Counted from the first letter of the stretch, positions 10,379-19,977 are shown. The stretch: DNA of 24,086 nt from Prasinococcaceae sp. CCMP 1430 (GCA_013416795.1 RQSC01000008.1:170753-194838), one strand, 5' to 3'. Notes: generated from the sequence alone by a model not told the origin. Made by a program: numbers and translations.

Positions 10379-11685
10379 TCACACCGCGCCCATCGCGGTG
10401 AAGAGGTTGGACAGCCGCAGCCCCTTGGTCCAGTAGTACCAGTACCAGAAGAAGTACACGAGCGCGCCCGTGAAAATGTAGCTGTCGAAGCGGTCGAGGA
10501 TGCCGCCGTGCCCGGGGATGATGTCGCCGCTGTCCTTCATCTTCGCCTCGCGCTTCATGGAGCTTTCGATGAGGTCCCCGAAGAGGCTGCTCACGAAAAC
10601 GCCGCAAGCGAGCGTAATGGACCAGATCGGGTGGGTGGGCCACGCGAACCACCACTGCATGAGAAGCGAGGCCGCGCATGCTGCTACCAAGCCCGCCCAC
10701 GCGCCTTCCCACTGCGGGCGAGCGGCGCGCACGCGCAGCAAGTCGCTCGTCAGCCCACGCCCGGACGCATATGTGCGCGGCAGAGCGAGGGCGCAGCCAT
10801 GCAGCCGTTACTCACCGTTTTCTTGGGGCTGATGCTGATCAGAGGGTTCTGGCCGAACGCCTTGCCGCCAAGGTACGCCCCAGTGTCGGCGGCCACGACG
10901 ATGAGGATGGGCACGAGCGTCGCAACGAGCCCGACGGGCCACAAGTTGCCGGCCGCGTCGAGCACTGTGGTCGCGCTCACGGGCAGCATAGAGCCTATGT
11001 CGCGCAGGCGGATCCAGAAGCTCGGCAGGTAGCCACAGTAAAACAGCCCGAAGACGATGCTGGTCAGCTGCGTCAGGCGTACTCGTTGGTTCTTCGCCTT
11101 CTCCTGGGTGCTGCGCTCGAGCAGGAGCGCGACGAGCAGCACGAAGGCCCCGACCTCGAAGACTCCCGTGCGCACGCCCGCGGCCGTCGCGACGTTGATA
11201 CCCACGCACGTGGCCGTCAGCGCGTTGCGGACCAGCGTGGGCGGCGGGCGGAACTTGCGCCGGCGCGATGTGATGAAGGCTTCATACTCAACCGCGCAGA
11301 AGTACGAGATGAGCGACACCCACAGGCCGTACGGCCAGCCGCCCGCGACGATGCACGTCCCGCCGATGGCCAGGAGACCAAGCCCTGCCACGACGCGCAC
11401 GGTCAGATCCTTCCACTTGCGCCCGGCCTTCGGCTGCGCTGCCTCCTCGGCGGCTCCAGCGCCAGCCCCGTTGGCGACGCCCGCGGTGCCGTTTGCGGCC
11501 ACGGCGCCGTTCCCGGCGGCTGCCGCGACGGTCGCTCCGGGCTCGTCCTCTCCATCGCCATCCACAACATCGACCTTGCCGCCCGCTCCCGCCTCCGCCG
11601 CTCCACCTCCCACGCTGCCCGCCGCGCAGCGCCTGCGCCCGCGCCCCGCCGCGTTCACCAAGAGTGGCCACTTCCGCCTGACCAT
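10379..11685 (-). CDS. CDS: Phosphatidate cytidylyltransferase (CDP-diacylglycerol synthase), probably plastid-type; exons ~11685-10816 and 10711-10379; true 5' end uncertain
   Basis: [12 protein letters not shown]...ISPKKT|[40 protein letters not shown] are CTP_transf_1 signatures. The phase-0 intron 10815-10712 (GTGAGT...CTGAC...CAG) joins KKT to WEG. Confidence 0.92.
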
Positions 11686-11977
11686 CACGGCGCTGGAGAT
11701 CCTCGCGGCGTACGCAAAACACAAGCTCTGGCTCAAGCCCGCAGCGGAGATGAGCTTCCTGTACGGCAACCACGTGCTCAAGAGCGGCCTTGCAAAGATC
11801 ACCGAGGGCACGCCCGCCAACGCGGGCGTCGTAGTCTTCAGCATGAGCGACGTCCCGCTCGGCTTTGGCGTCACCGCCAAGGGCACCACCGACTGCCGCA
11901 AGCTCGACCCCACGGCCATGGTGTGCCTGCACCAGGCGGACGTGGGCGAGTACCTGCGAGCGGAGGAGGAAATGTAA
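11654..11977 (+). CDS. NIP7: NIP7 60S ribosome biogenesis factor, C-terminal part only (5'-truncated, 107 aa)
   Basis: [14 protein letters not shown]...[26 protein letters not shown]...[19 protein letters not shown]...[13 protein letters not shown] matches the recalled NIP7 C-terminal half. The conserved ~70-aa N-terminus is not found in the window. Confidence 0.9.
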   Translation, partial: FTKSGHFRLTITALEILAAYAKHKLWLKPAAEMSFLYGNHVLKSGLAKITEGTPANAGVVVFSMSDVPLGFGVTAKGTTDCRKLDPTAMVCLHQADVGEYLRAEEEM

Positions 11978-12300
11978 AGAAAACTGTACGATCAAAGAGT
12001 GTGGGGCCACGGCCCGGCGCGAACGCACGGGCGCCTCGGCTCGGGGCACCAGCGGCGCGAGCGCTGGGGGGGCGACGGTGTCCGGCCTGTGTACTGTCAC
12101 CTCCGCCTCGCACTGCTTGGCGGTGCCGCAGACCTCGCGCACGGGCGCTGTCGCGGCTGCGCCCTCGACCGTAGCGGTGGCGCCTCCCTTGTTGGACCGC
12201 CTCGCGAGCGCACCCACCGCCCGCGTGGCCTCTTCCTTCCCATCCAGGGGGGGGTCCGAACGCCGCACCCGCGCCCGACCGGCGCGCGCGCCCTTCAAAN

Positions 12301-14251
12301 GGGGCCCGCGCGGCGCGCGAGCCCGCTCCCCGCCGCGCCACCGGCCCCTGCCGCGTCGGATGAAGCGGTGGAGCTCGAGGCGCCGCGTCCCGCCACGCGC
12401 GAGGACGTCGCGTCCTTCGTCCAGGCCGCCGGCGTCGGGATGACGACGGGCGGCCTCGTGGTCGTGTTCAACAAGGGTGTGCACGCGCTGCAGGAGGCGC
12501 TCTCGCTGCAGGGGTGGGTGGATGCGGCGACCAAGGGCGCGGGCGCCACCGACGTGACCGCGTCGCTCGGCGCGGGGGCGCCCGCAGCAGCGGTGCTCGT
12601 GCTGCTCCCCGCCGCGGGCGGCCTCGCCAACGCGGCGCTGCGCTTCGCCGCCGAGCTCCGCGAGGGCACATGGGAGGCCACGCGACCGGGGGGGAGCCGC
12701 GGCTGCGCGTGGCGCCGCTGCGCGCGCTCGCCGCGGCGTGCACCCTCGGCACCGGCGGTTCGCTCGGCCCGGAGGGGCCGAGCGTTGAGATTGGCGAGGC
12801 CACGGCTGTGGCGGTCTCGGGGGGCACCATGGGCGGCAGGGCCACCGCGCTCTTCGCGGCCGGCGCCAGCGCCGGCATCGCCGCGGGCTTCAACGCCCCA
12901 GTGGCAGGCGTCTTCTTCGCCGTGGAGGTCGCGCTCAAGCAGGCCGAGGAGCGCGCGGTCCTCACGGCGCTCGACCGTCAGCGCCTGGAGGGCGCGCAGG
13001 GCGGCAGCGCCGAGGTAGCAGGCCCGAGTGGCGGGTCGGGCCAGCAGCAGGAGCTTCCCCCGAGCACGTCGACGGCGATAGCGATGGTGCTCATATCGGC
13101 GGTCACCGCGAGCGTGGTGTCTCAGCAGGGTTTGGGCAGCGCGCCCGCTTTCGTGGTGCCGGAGTTCGACCTGCGCAGCAGCGCGGAGCTCCCGCTGTAC
13201 CTGTTCCTGGGGCTGCTCGGCGGGGGCGTGTCGGCGATGGGGAACCGCCTGGTGGACGCCGCCACCGCGGGCTTTGCCCGAGCAGAGGCGGCGGGCATCG
13301 CCCCGCGCGCGCTCCAGCCCGCCATCGGGGGGGCGTTCGCCGGCGCCGTGGCCATCTTCGCGCCGCAGGTGCTCTACCAGGGCTTCAACAACCTCAACGA
13401 GATACTCACGCTGGCTGCGAGCAGTGGCGAGGCCGCGGCGGGCGAGCTCGCCGGGGCTGTGGCCACCGCGGACGCCGCGAGCGCGCTCGACGCGGGCGCC
13501 GATGCGCCGTCGTCGGCACCCATGTTCCTGCTCATGCTGGAGCTCATGGCCCTCAAGGTGACCACCACCGCTGTGTGCAAGGGCAGCGGGCTGGTGGGCG
13601 GCGTCTACGCGCCCTCCATCTTCATCGGCGCTGCGCTCGGGGCGGGCTACGGGGAGATCGTCGAGGCGCTCGTGCGCGCGGCCGTGGACGCGGAGATGGT
13701 GTCGCCTCAGCTCGTGCAGGTGGCGCCGCCGCAGGCGTACGCCCTGGTGGGCATGGGCGCCGTGCTGGCCGGCTGGTGTCGCATCCCTCTCACTGCCACG
13801 CTGCTGCTCTTTGAGCTCACTCGCGACGATCGCATCATTCTGCCTCTTATGGTGGCGGTGGGCATCAGCGCGTGGGCGGTCGAGGCGCTGCTCCCGAGGT
13901 CCGCCGCGCGCGGGGCGGGCTGCCCTCGCGCCGCCGCGCGCTTCGGCGCGCTTGCAGGCTCGCGCACCGTGTGCTTTGCTTGTCTGACACCGCATCCACC
14001 GCCGCGCTCGTGCGTCACGCGTGCGCAGCAGGAAGTCGGCCTCCGCGCCGGCTGGCGTGGCGATGGCCTCAGCGCTCGGCGCGGCCGCGAGCCCCGCGGG
14101 CGCCAGCGTCGACTCGGACCCAGACGCCGAGTCGCTGTCGATGCGCGCGCGCGCCCTGCGCGCGCAGCTCGCCGCGTCGGAGGCACAGGCCGCTGGGCTG
14201 CGCGACGAGATACGGTTGCTCGAGCGGGAGGCGGATGCCCCGGGCGAGTAG
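12301..14251 (+). CDS. CLC: CLC-family chloride/anion channel, plant CLC-e/f-like; 5' end unclear; frameshift at G7 12688-12694; intron 13899-14028 (or 14031)
   Basis: Motifs TLGTGGSLGPEGPSVEIG, AAGIAAGFNAPVAGVFFAVE, ELPLYLFLG, GLVGGVYAPS, PLTATLLLFELTRD. One extra G joins the upstream helix-B frame to the core frame. A phase-2 GT-AG intron leads to a short last exon ending TAG at 14249-14251. Confidence 0.85.
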
Positions 14252-14510
14252 GGCGCGGGTGCCGCGGCTGCTGGCCCCCGGCGTCGCGTCCATTGCGGCG
14301 CATGTATGTTGATACCCTGTACACACACGCGCGCGCACGCGCGCGCGCGCGCACGCTCGGGCGCTTGCGCGGGTGCGGGCGCGCGCACGCACGCGCGCGC
14401 ACGCGCAGGCGCTCGCTGGTCGCCTCGTGTTGAATATACAACGCGCTCGCGGGGTGTCTTACGACGACGACCGCCCGTCAGGCGAGGCGCGCGGGGGCTG
14501 CAGCTTCTCA

Positions 14511-15089
14511 TCAGGATCGCACGTTGCTCTTGCGATAGCTGCCCGCGTCCATGCTCTTGAGCGTCGACGAGAGCCAGTCGAGCCCCTCGTACAGGCCCTC
14601 GCCCTTGATGGCCACGGCGCTCTGGCAGTGCCATCTTCGGTTGCGCATCTTGAGCAGGCCGAGGTGCTTCGCGACCTGCGCGGGCGGCATGGCATTGGCC
14701 ATGTCTTGCTTGTTCGCGAACACGAGCACGGCGGCGTTCTGCATGAGCGGGTCGTTCACGATGGCCCCGAACTCCTGCGCCGCGCGCGCGATGCGCTCCT
14801 TGTCGAACGAGTCGACGACGTAGATGAGGCCGTCGGTGTTGTTGAAGTAGTGCCTCCACAGCGGCCTGAGCTTCTCCTGGCCTCCGACGTCCCACACGGT
14901 GAACTGTACGTTCTTGTACTGCACCTTCTCCACGTTGAAGCCGATCGTCGGCACGGTCGACAGGATCTCACCGATGTGCAGCTTGTACAGGATGGTCGTC
15001 TTGCCCGCCGCGTCGAGGCCGAGCATGACCACGCGCATCTCCTTGTTGCCGAACATCTTGTCAAACATCTTGCGGAAGGTGTTACCCAT
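14511..15089 (-). CDS. ARF: ADP-ribosylation factor GTPase, plant ARFB1-like (192 aa)
   Basis: MG myristoylation start; [13 protein letters not shown] and NKQD motifs. [25 protein letters not shown] and [18 protein letters not shown] match the recalled ARFB1 class. Confidence 0.96.
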   Translation of the reverse strand: MGNTFRKMFDKMFGNKEMRVVMLGLDAAGKTTILYKLHIGEILSTVPTIGFNVEKVQYKNVQFTVWDVGGQEKLRPLWRHYFNNTDGLIYVVDSFDKERIARAAQEFGAIVNDPLMQNAAVLVFANKQDMANAMPPAQVAKHLGLLKMRNRRWHCQSAVAIKGEGLYEGLDWLSSTLKSMDAGSYRKSNVRS

Positions 15090-15555
15090 GGCTGCGGCGG
15101 GGAATCCGAATCCGGCCCGTCACGTACCCGGCGGCACCCACGAGTCCGAGGTCGCTCCGACCCCCGGCCAAGGCGTCCGCCCGGCCGTGCGAGGCGCCGA
15201 GCGCGCGCCGCCAGCCCGCCGACGTGTCTTACGCGCCGCCCGCCTTAGCGCCGCCCCGCGCGCGCCGCGTTTTTCGCCCTGCCGCTCGCCCGGAAATTTC
15301 ATACTGACAATCCGCACTTTCTAATCACAATGTGTCCTCTGCAGAAACGCAGAATCCAATTTCGAGGAGCGTTGCGGCGGTTGCGCCGAGCGCAGCCCTC
15401 CCAGTGAGCAGGGGCGGCACGGAAAAACTTTTTTATTTTTGTTTTTATTTTTATTTTATTTTTACTTTTTAATCGTCGGCGCCGCTGCAACCAAGAAAAA
15501 CGCGGCATCGCGATGCCATCGGCCGCATCCGCGTTTTTTTTTTTTTTGGCCCCCG

Positions 15556-15922
15556 GCGCGCGCACGCTTCATGCAGCATATGATCCGGTAGGTCAAACGG
15601 CATGCACCCGCTCTTAGTTTTGCCTTTTTTGGGCGGGATTTTCCTCGATTCATTCTTTTTTATGTCTCGTACGCGTGCATCTTGATAGAGGAAGTATTTA
15701 TTTTTATATTTATTTTGTATTTGGTATTTATTATTATTCACGCGGAAAAAGCGCGCGCGCGCACGCGCGCGCGCACACTTCATGCAACGTATGATCCGGT
15801 AGGTCAAACGGCGTGCAACCGCTTTTTGTTTTGCCTTTTGGGGGGGGGATTTTCCTCGATTCATTCTTTTTGATGTGTAGTACGCGTGCATCTTGACGTA
15901 GATATATTTATTTATTATTTTC
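15556..15922. repeat. Diverged 211-bp tandem direct repeat (2 copies), AT-rich, in the ARF/PGAM divergent intergenic region
   Basis: Identical blocks at a 211-bp offset: TATGATCCGGTAGGTCAAACGGC (15579/15790), GGGATTTTCCTCGATTCATTCTTTTT (15635/15846), GTACGCGTGCATCTTGA (15669/15880). Confidence 0.92.
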
Positions 15923-15948
15923 CGGGCGCGCGCGCGCGCGAGTACGGG

Positions 15949-16830
15949 ATGCCCAGTTGGTGCGGCGCGCCAGTTGTCGCGGTGAGCGTGATGCTGGTCG
16001 GAGCGATATCGCGGCCGGTGCGCCGCGCGGCGGCGGCCGCGGACGGCGAGGCCAAGGCCGCGCCGACGCTCGTGCTGATGCGCCACGGCGAGTCGCTGTG
16101 GAACCAGCGCAACCTGTTCACCGGCTGCGTGGACGTGCCGCTGACGGACAACGGCATCGCCGAGGCGATCAAGGCGGGCAAGCGCATCGCCGACGTGCCC
16201 GTCGACGTGATCTACGTGAGCGACCTGATGCGCGCGCAGATGACGGCGCTCATCGCCATGACGCAGCACAACCGCAACAAGGTGCCCGTGGTGGTGCACG
16301 ACGATCCCGAGCTCTCGACGCAGATCTACTCGGAGGCCACCGAGGCCGACACGATCCCCGTCAGGAAGGCGTGGGAGCTCAACGAGCGCATGTACGGCGA
16401 GCTGCAGGGGCTCAACAAGGCCGAGACGGCCGAGAAGTACGGCGACGACCAGGTCAAGGTGTGGAGGCGCTCGTACGACATCCCGCCGCCCAACGGCGAG
16501 TCGCTCGAGATGACCGCCGAGCGCTCCGTCAAATACTTCAAGGAGAACATCGTGCCGCACCTCGAGCGCGGCGAGTCGGTGCTCGTCTCGGCGCACGGCA
16601 ACTCGCTGCGCGCCATCATCATGTACATCGAGAAGCTCTCGCCGGAGGAGGTGGTGCTCCTGGAGCTCTTCACCGGCATCCCGCTCGTGTACGAGCTCCA
16701 AGGGGATGGGCTCAAGCGCATGGGCACGCCGCAGACTGACTGCGCGCCGGGCGTCTACGCGCTGTCGGAGGGGCTTGCAAAGTACAAGGACGCCACCGCC
16801 GCGCTCATGGACCCGAACTACTCGAGCTGA
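15949..16830 (+). CDS. PGAM: 2,3-BPG-dependent phosphoglycerate mutase-like histidine phosphatase (gpmA-type, plant plastid-like)
   Basis: LVLMRHGESLWNQRNLFTGCVDVPLT, LNERMYGELQGLNK, WRRSYDIPPPNGESL, SAHGNSLR. Ala/Arg-rich N-terminal extension. Confidence 0.93.
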   Translation: MPSWCGAPVVAVSVMLVGAISRPVRRAAAAADGEAKAAPTLVLMRHGESLWNQRNLFTGCVDVPLTDNGIAEAIKAGKRIADVPVDVIYVSDLMRAQMTALIAMTQHNRNKVPVVVHDDPELSTQIYSEATEADTIPVRKAWELNERMYGELQGLNKAETAEKYGDDQVKVWRRSYDIPPPNGESLEMTAERSVKYFKENIVPHLERGESVLVSAHGNSLRAIIMYIEKLSPEEVVLLELFTGIPLVYELQGDGLKRMGTPQTDCAPGVYALSEGLAKYKDATAALMDPNYSS

Positions 16831-17131
16831 GCGCGCGCTCGGGGTAGCAGCGGCAGCGAGGGCGGCGGAGTAGTGCGGGCGGCGGATTAAAACCTTACTA
16901 TCATATCTTTTGCACCTCGGGGCAGGGCCGGCCACAGCCCACGGCGCGGGCGCGGGCGCGAGCGCGTGCGCAAGCTGGCAGCGTGCGAGCGCGAGCGCGC
17001 GCGAACAGTGAGCGTGCTCGGCCTTACAAAAATAGACGCGCAATCGGCGTCGCTGTGCATTGTCCGTGCGTTGCGCCGCACCGCGCCGCGCCGCCTATCC
17101 CCTCCTCCCCCGCCACGCTGCGCGCGTCTGC

Positions 17132-18790
17132 TCACGCCGCCACGTTGGTGCCGGCCTCGAGCTTGGGGACGTCGGCGTCCGCGGGGAACATGCCGGCGGC
17201 GGTCATGTCGCACGTGTCGAGGTCTTCTACCACCAGTGCAGCGCCCTGCGCGAGGAACTCCTCGGGAGAGGTCGAGTTGCTGCTGGTGGGCGTGATGATG
17301 CACGGCATGCCCGCGGACACCGCGGCCTTGAGGCCCACGATGGAGTCCTCCACGACGACGCAGCGCTCGCGCGGCACGCCCAGCCGCTCGCGCGCGAGGT
17401 TGTAGATGAGCGGGTCCGGCTTCTTCTTGGAGACGTCGTCGCCCGCCAGGATCACGTCGAAGCGCGCGAGGCGGTCGGGCTTGACGATTGAGTTGACCAC
17501 CTTGTCGAAGCCAGCGCGCGTGGCGGCCGAGCAAATGGCAACCGCCACGTCGCCCCTATCGAGCGCCTCATCCATCAGCCGCAGCACGCCCGGCCGCGCC
17601 TCGGCGGTGGTTTCGACGAGCTCCTTGTAGCAGACCGTCTTCTGGTCCTGGAGGCGGTCCACCAGCGCGGAGCGGTCCTCCTCGCTCTCGGGTGCCGCGC
17701 CCTCGACGCTGGAGGGCCACTGCGCGCGCTCCGTGTTGAAGTAGTACTTCATCTTGGGCTTGCCGCCGCCCACCGTGTTCTGCAGGACGTCGTAGTACTC
17801 GACGGTCCACTCGACCTGCTCGGTGCCGTCCAGCTTGAGCTCGAAGTGCTTGAACGACGCGTTGTACGCCAGCCGGTGGAGCTCCTCGGTCTCGACGATG
17901 ACGCCGTCGCAGTCGAAGAGCAGCGCGAACTTGGGCAGCGGCGGCACCGCGCCGACTTCGGTGAGCCACGCCGTGTGCGTGGGGAAGGGGTCGGCCTCGC
18001 CGTCGGCGACGGCCTTCTTGGTGAGGCTGTGGAAGTACCCGTTGCGCCACTCGAGCTCCTTGACGGCCGTCGGGAAGTGCGCCACCGAGCGCGCGTACGC
18101 GCGCAGCCGCACGGCGACGTCGGGCTTGAAGGTGACGCCCTGCGCCGCGCAGCCCGCGGCGAGCTCGTCGATGAGCTGCGTGACCTCGTCGGTGTGCTGG
18201 GACTCCACGTCGCCCACGGTGGCGCCCGGGTGGCGCGCGCCCACCAGCATGAACGCCGAGATCCAGATGAGCTTCTCGAGCATGCTGGCCTTGAACACGT
18301 CGCCCTCGAGCACGTGGCACGACATGCCGCCGGCGTTGAGGCGCGCGGCGAGCGCCGGCGCCCACTTGCCGCAGGCGGCGGTGAGGCCGTCCGGGTCCGT
18401 GTCGGTGATGCCGTCGGTGGGCGCGTCGCCCAGCTTGGCCACCGCCATGTAGATGAGCGCCTGGGTGTTGTCGCCGAGGCCCTTGGCGTCGAGGTACGGC
18501 TGCAGCATCCCGTTCTGCAGGAAGACGAGGTCCTCGCGGCGCCCCTCGGGCACCGACTCGATGATGCCGTCGAGGGCGTCGTTGCGCGTGCACACGAAGA
18601 TGGGCCCCGCCGGGGCGTCGGCGGGGAACGCGTCGCCGCGCCGCAGCACGACGTCGTCGCCGTTGCCCATCTGCTCGAGCGCCGTGCCGATGCGCCCGCC
18701 GCCGATGATGATGGCGCTCGGCACGGCGCCTTCTGCCGCACCCGCGCTCGCGGTGGCCGGCGGCGCCAGCACGCACGGCGTGCAGGCCAA
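17132..18790 (-). CDS. Fusion protein: ketopantoate-reductase (PanE/ApbA)-like Rossmann domain + CbbY-like HAD phosphatase; 5' end missing (no ATG)
   Basis: Domain 1 (~18720-17950): IIIGGGRIG, VCTRND, FLQNGM, LEKLIW, KELEWRNGY. Domain 2 (~17930-17132): FDCDGVIVETE, CSAA, KKKPDPLIY, VEDSIVG. One continuous ORF; TGTAA on the minus strand at 17024-17028. Confidence 0.85.
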   Translation of the reverse strand: MACTPCVLAPPATASAGAAEGAVPSAIIIGGGRIGTALEQMGNGDDVVLRRGDAFPADAPAGPIFVCTRNDALDGIIESVPEGRREDLVFLQNGMLQPYLDAKGLGDNTQALIYMAVAKLGDAPTDGITDTDPDGLTAACGKWAPALAARLNAGGMSCHVLEGDVFKASMLEKLIWISAFMLVGARHPGATVGDVESQHTDEVTQLIDELAAGCAAQGVTFKPDVAVRLRAYARSVAHFPTAVKELEWRNGYFHSLTKKAVADGEADPFPTHTAWLTEVGAVPPLPKFALLFDCDGVIVETEELHRLAYNASFKHFELKLDGTEQVEWTVEYYDVLQNTVGGGKPKMKYYFNTERAQWPSSVEGAAPESEEDRSALVDRLQDQKTVCYKELVETTAEARPGVLRLMDEALDRGDVAVAICSAATRAGFDKVVNSIVKPDRLARFDVILAGDDVSKKKPDPLIYNLARERLGVPRERCVVVEDSIVGLKAAVSAGMPCIITPTSSNSTSPEEFLAQGAALVVEDLDTCDMTAAGMFPADADVPKLEAGTNVAA

Positions 18791-19748
18791 CGGGGGCTAC
18801 AAACGCCCCAAGGACAGGCCGGTGCCGGTGCCCACCAAGGCGCCCTTCGAGCCCATCGTGCCCACCGAGGCGCCGGTGAGGCCCGTCCCAGTGCCCACGA
18901 AGGCGCCCATCGAGCCCTTCATCCCCACGGACACACCAACTCGCCGCCCGACGCCATCGCCGACTAAGTCGCCCTCGGTGGCACCTACGCCCAGGCCGAC
19001 GCCGCGCCCGACGCCGTCGCCCACCAAGTCGCCGACGAGGCGCCCCACGCCCTCGCCCACCAAGTCGCCCACGGCGTTCCCGACCATCCCGGTCCTGACG
19101 GAGTCCCCGACCAAGTCGCCGACGAGGCGCCCCACGCCCTCGCCCACCAAGTCGCCGACCGAGTCGCCCACGCCCAGGCCGACGCCGCGCCCGACGCCGT
19201 CGCCGACGAAGTCGCCGACGAGGCGCCCGACGCCCTCGCCGACCAAGTCGCCAACGGCGTTCCCGACCATCCCCATCGTGACCGACTCGCCCACCAAGTC
19301 GCCGACGCGCCGCCCCACGCCGTCGCCCACCAAGTCGCCGACCAAGTCGCCGACGCCCAGGCCGACGCCGCGCCCGACGCCCTCGCCGACCAAGTCGCCG
19401 ACGAGGCGCCCGACGCCCTCGCCGACCAAGTCGCCAACGGCGTTCCCGACCATCCCCATCGTGACCGACTCGCCCACCAAGTCGCCGACGCGCCGCCCCA
19501 CGCCGTCGCCCACCAAGTCGCCGACCAAGTCGCCGACGCCCAGGCCGACGCCGCGCCCGACGCCCTCGCCGACCAAGTCGCCCACGCGTCGCCCTGTGCC
19601 AGCGCCGACCAAGGCGCCTTTCGAGCCCATCGTGCCGACGAAGGCTCCCATCGAGCCTTTCAGCCCGACCGATGCACCCACGAGGGCACCCAAGCCTACG
19701 CCCTCCCCGCGCCGCCACGGTGGCCGCTACCGTCGCATGCTCTTCTAG
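18781..19748 (+). CDS. Pro/Thr/Ser-rich tandem-repeat (mucin/HRGP-like) protein, 3' part; N-terminus not visible
   Basis: PTKSPTRRPTPS repeats with a 183-bp (61-aa) super-period (anchor GCGTTCC at 19074, 19257, 19440). Stop TAG at 19746-19748; TGTAA at 19806. Confidence 0.7.
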
Positions 19749-19805
19749 ACTTAACTCGCTGTGTACCAACAACAGGCGCCTGCCCCGGCTGCCCAGTGAG
19801 AGAAG

Positions 19806-19898
19806 TGTAATTGTCAACCTACCTGCAGACACGACACCAAGACCGCTGCGCGCGCACTCATCGCGAGGAGTGTTTATGTGTACATGCGTAGTATTACA
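19806..19898. promoter_or_regulatory. Convergent TGTAA polyadenylation-signal-like motifs (+ at 19806-19810; - at 19894-19898)
   Basis: Each lies 58-80 nt after the stop of its gene. TGTAA also follows RecD2 (8839), the HAD fusion (17024, minus) and the 21753-22725 gene (22760). UGUAA is the established chlorophyte poly(A) signal. Confidence 0.6.
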
Positions 19899-19977
19899 AC
19901 AGTGTTGCGGCAGAGGCAGCCTTCAGCCACGCGCGGGGACGTCCGCGCGCGTCCAGCGCGCTACCGGAAGCTGTCCC

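Noticed and set aside
15579-15900. 211-bp repeat as U5 snRNA or 5S rRNA
   Set aside because: GCCTTTT is not followed by AC as in U5 loop 1, and no 5S or tRNA boxes were recognised. Kept only as an unidentified repeat.
18830-19620. Regularly spaced repeats as a possible CRISPR array
   Set aside because: The units are codon-phased, have no unique spacers, encode a Pro/Thr repeat, and the context is eukaryotic with no cas genes.
18797-19693. Minus-strand 298-aa VGDLVGEGVG repeat ORF, in frame with the reductase-HAD fusion across one TAG
   Set aside because: This is the expected antisense shadow of a Pro/Thr repeat. The + strand frame has the downstream TGTAA, so a readthrough fusion is unsupported.
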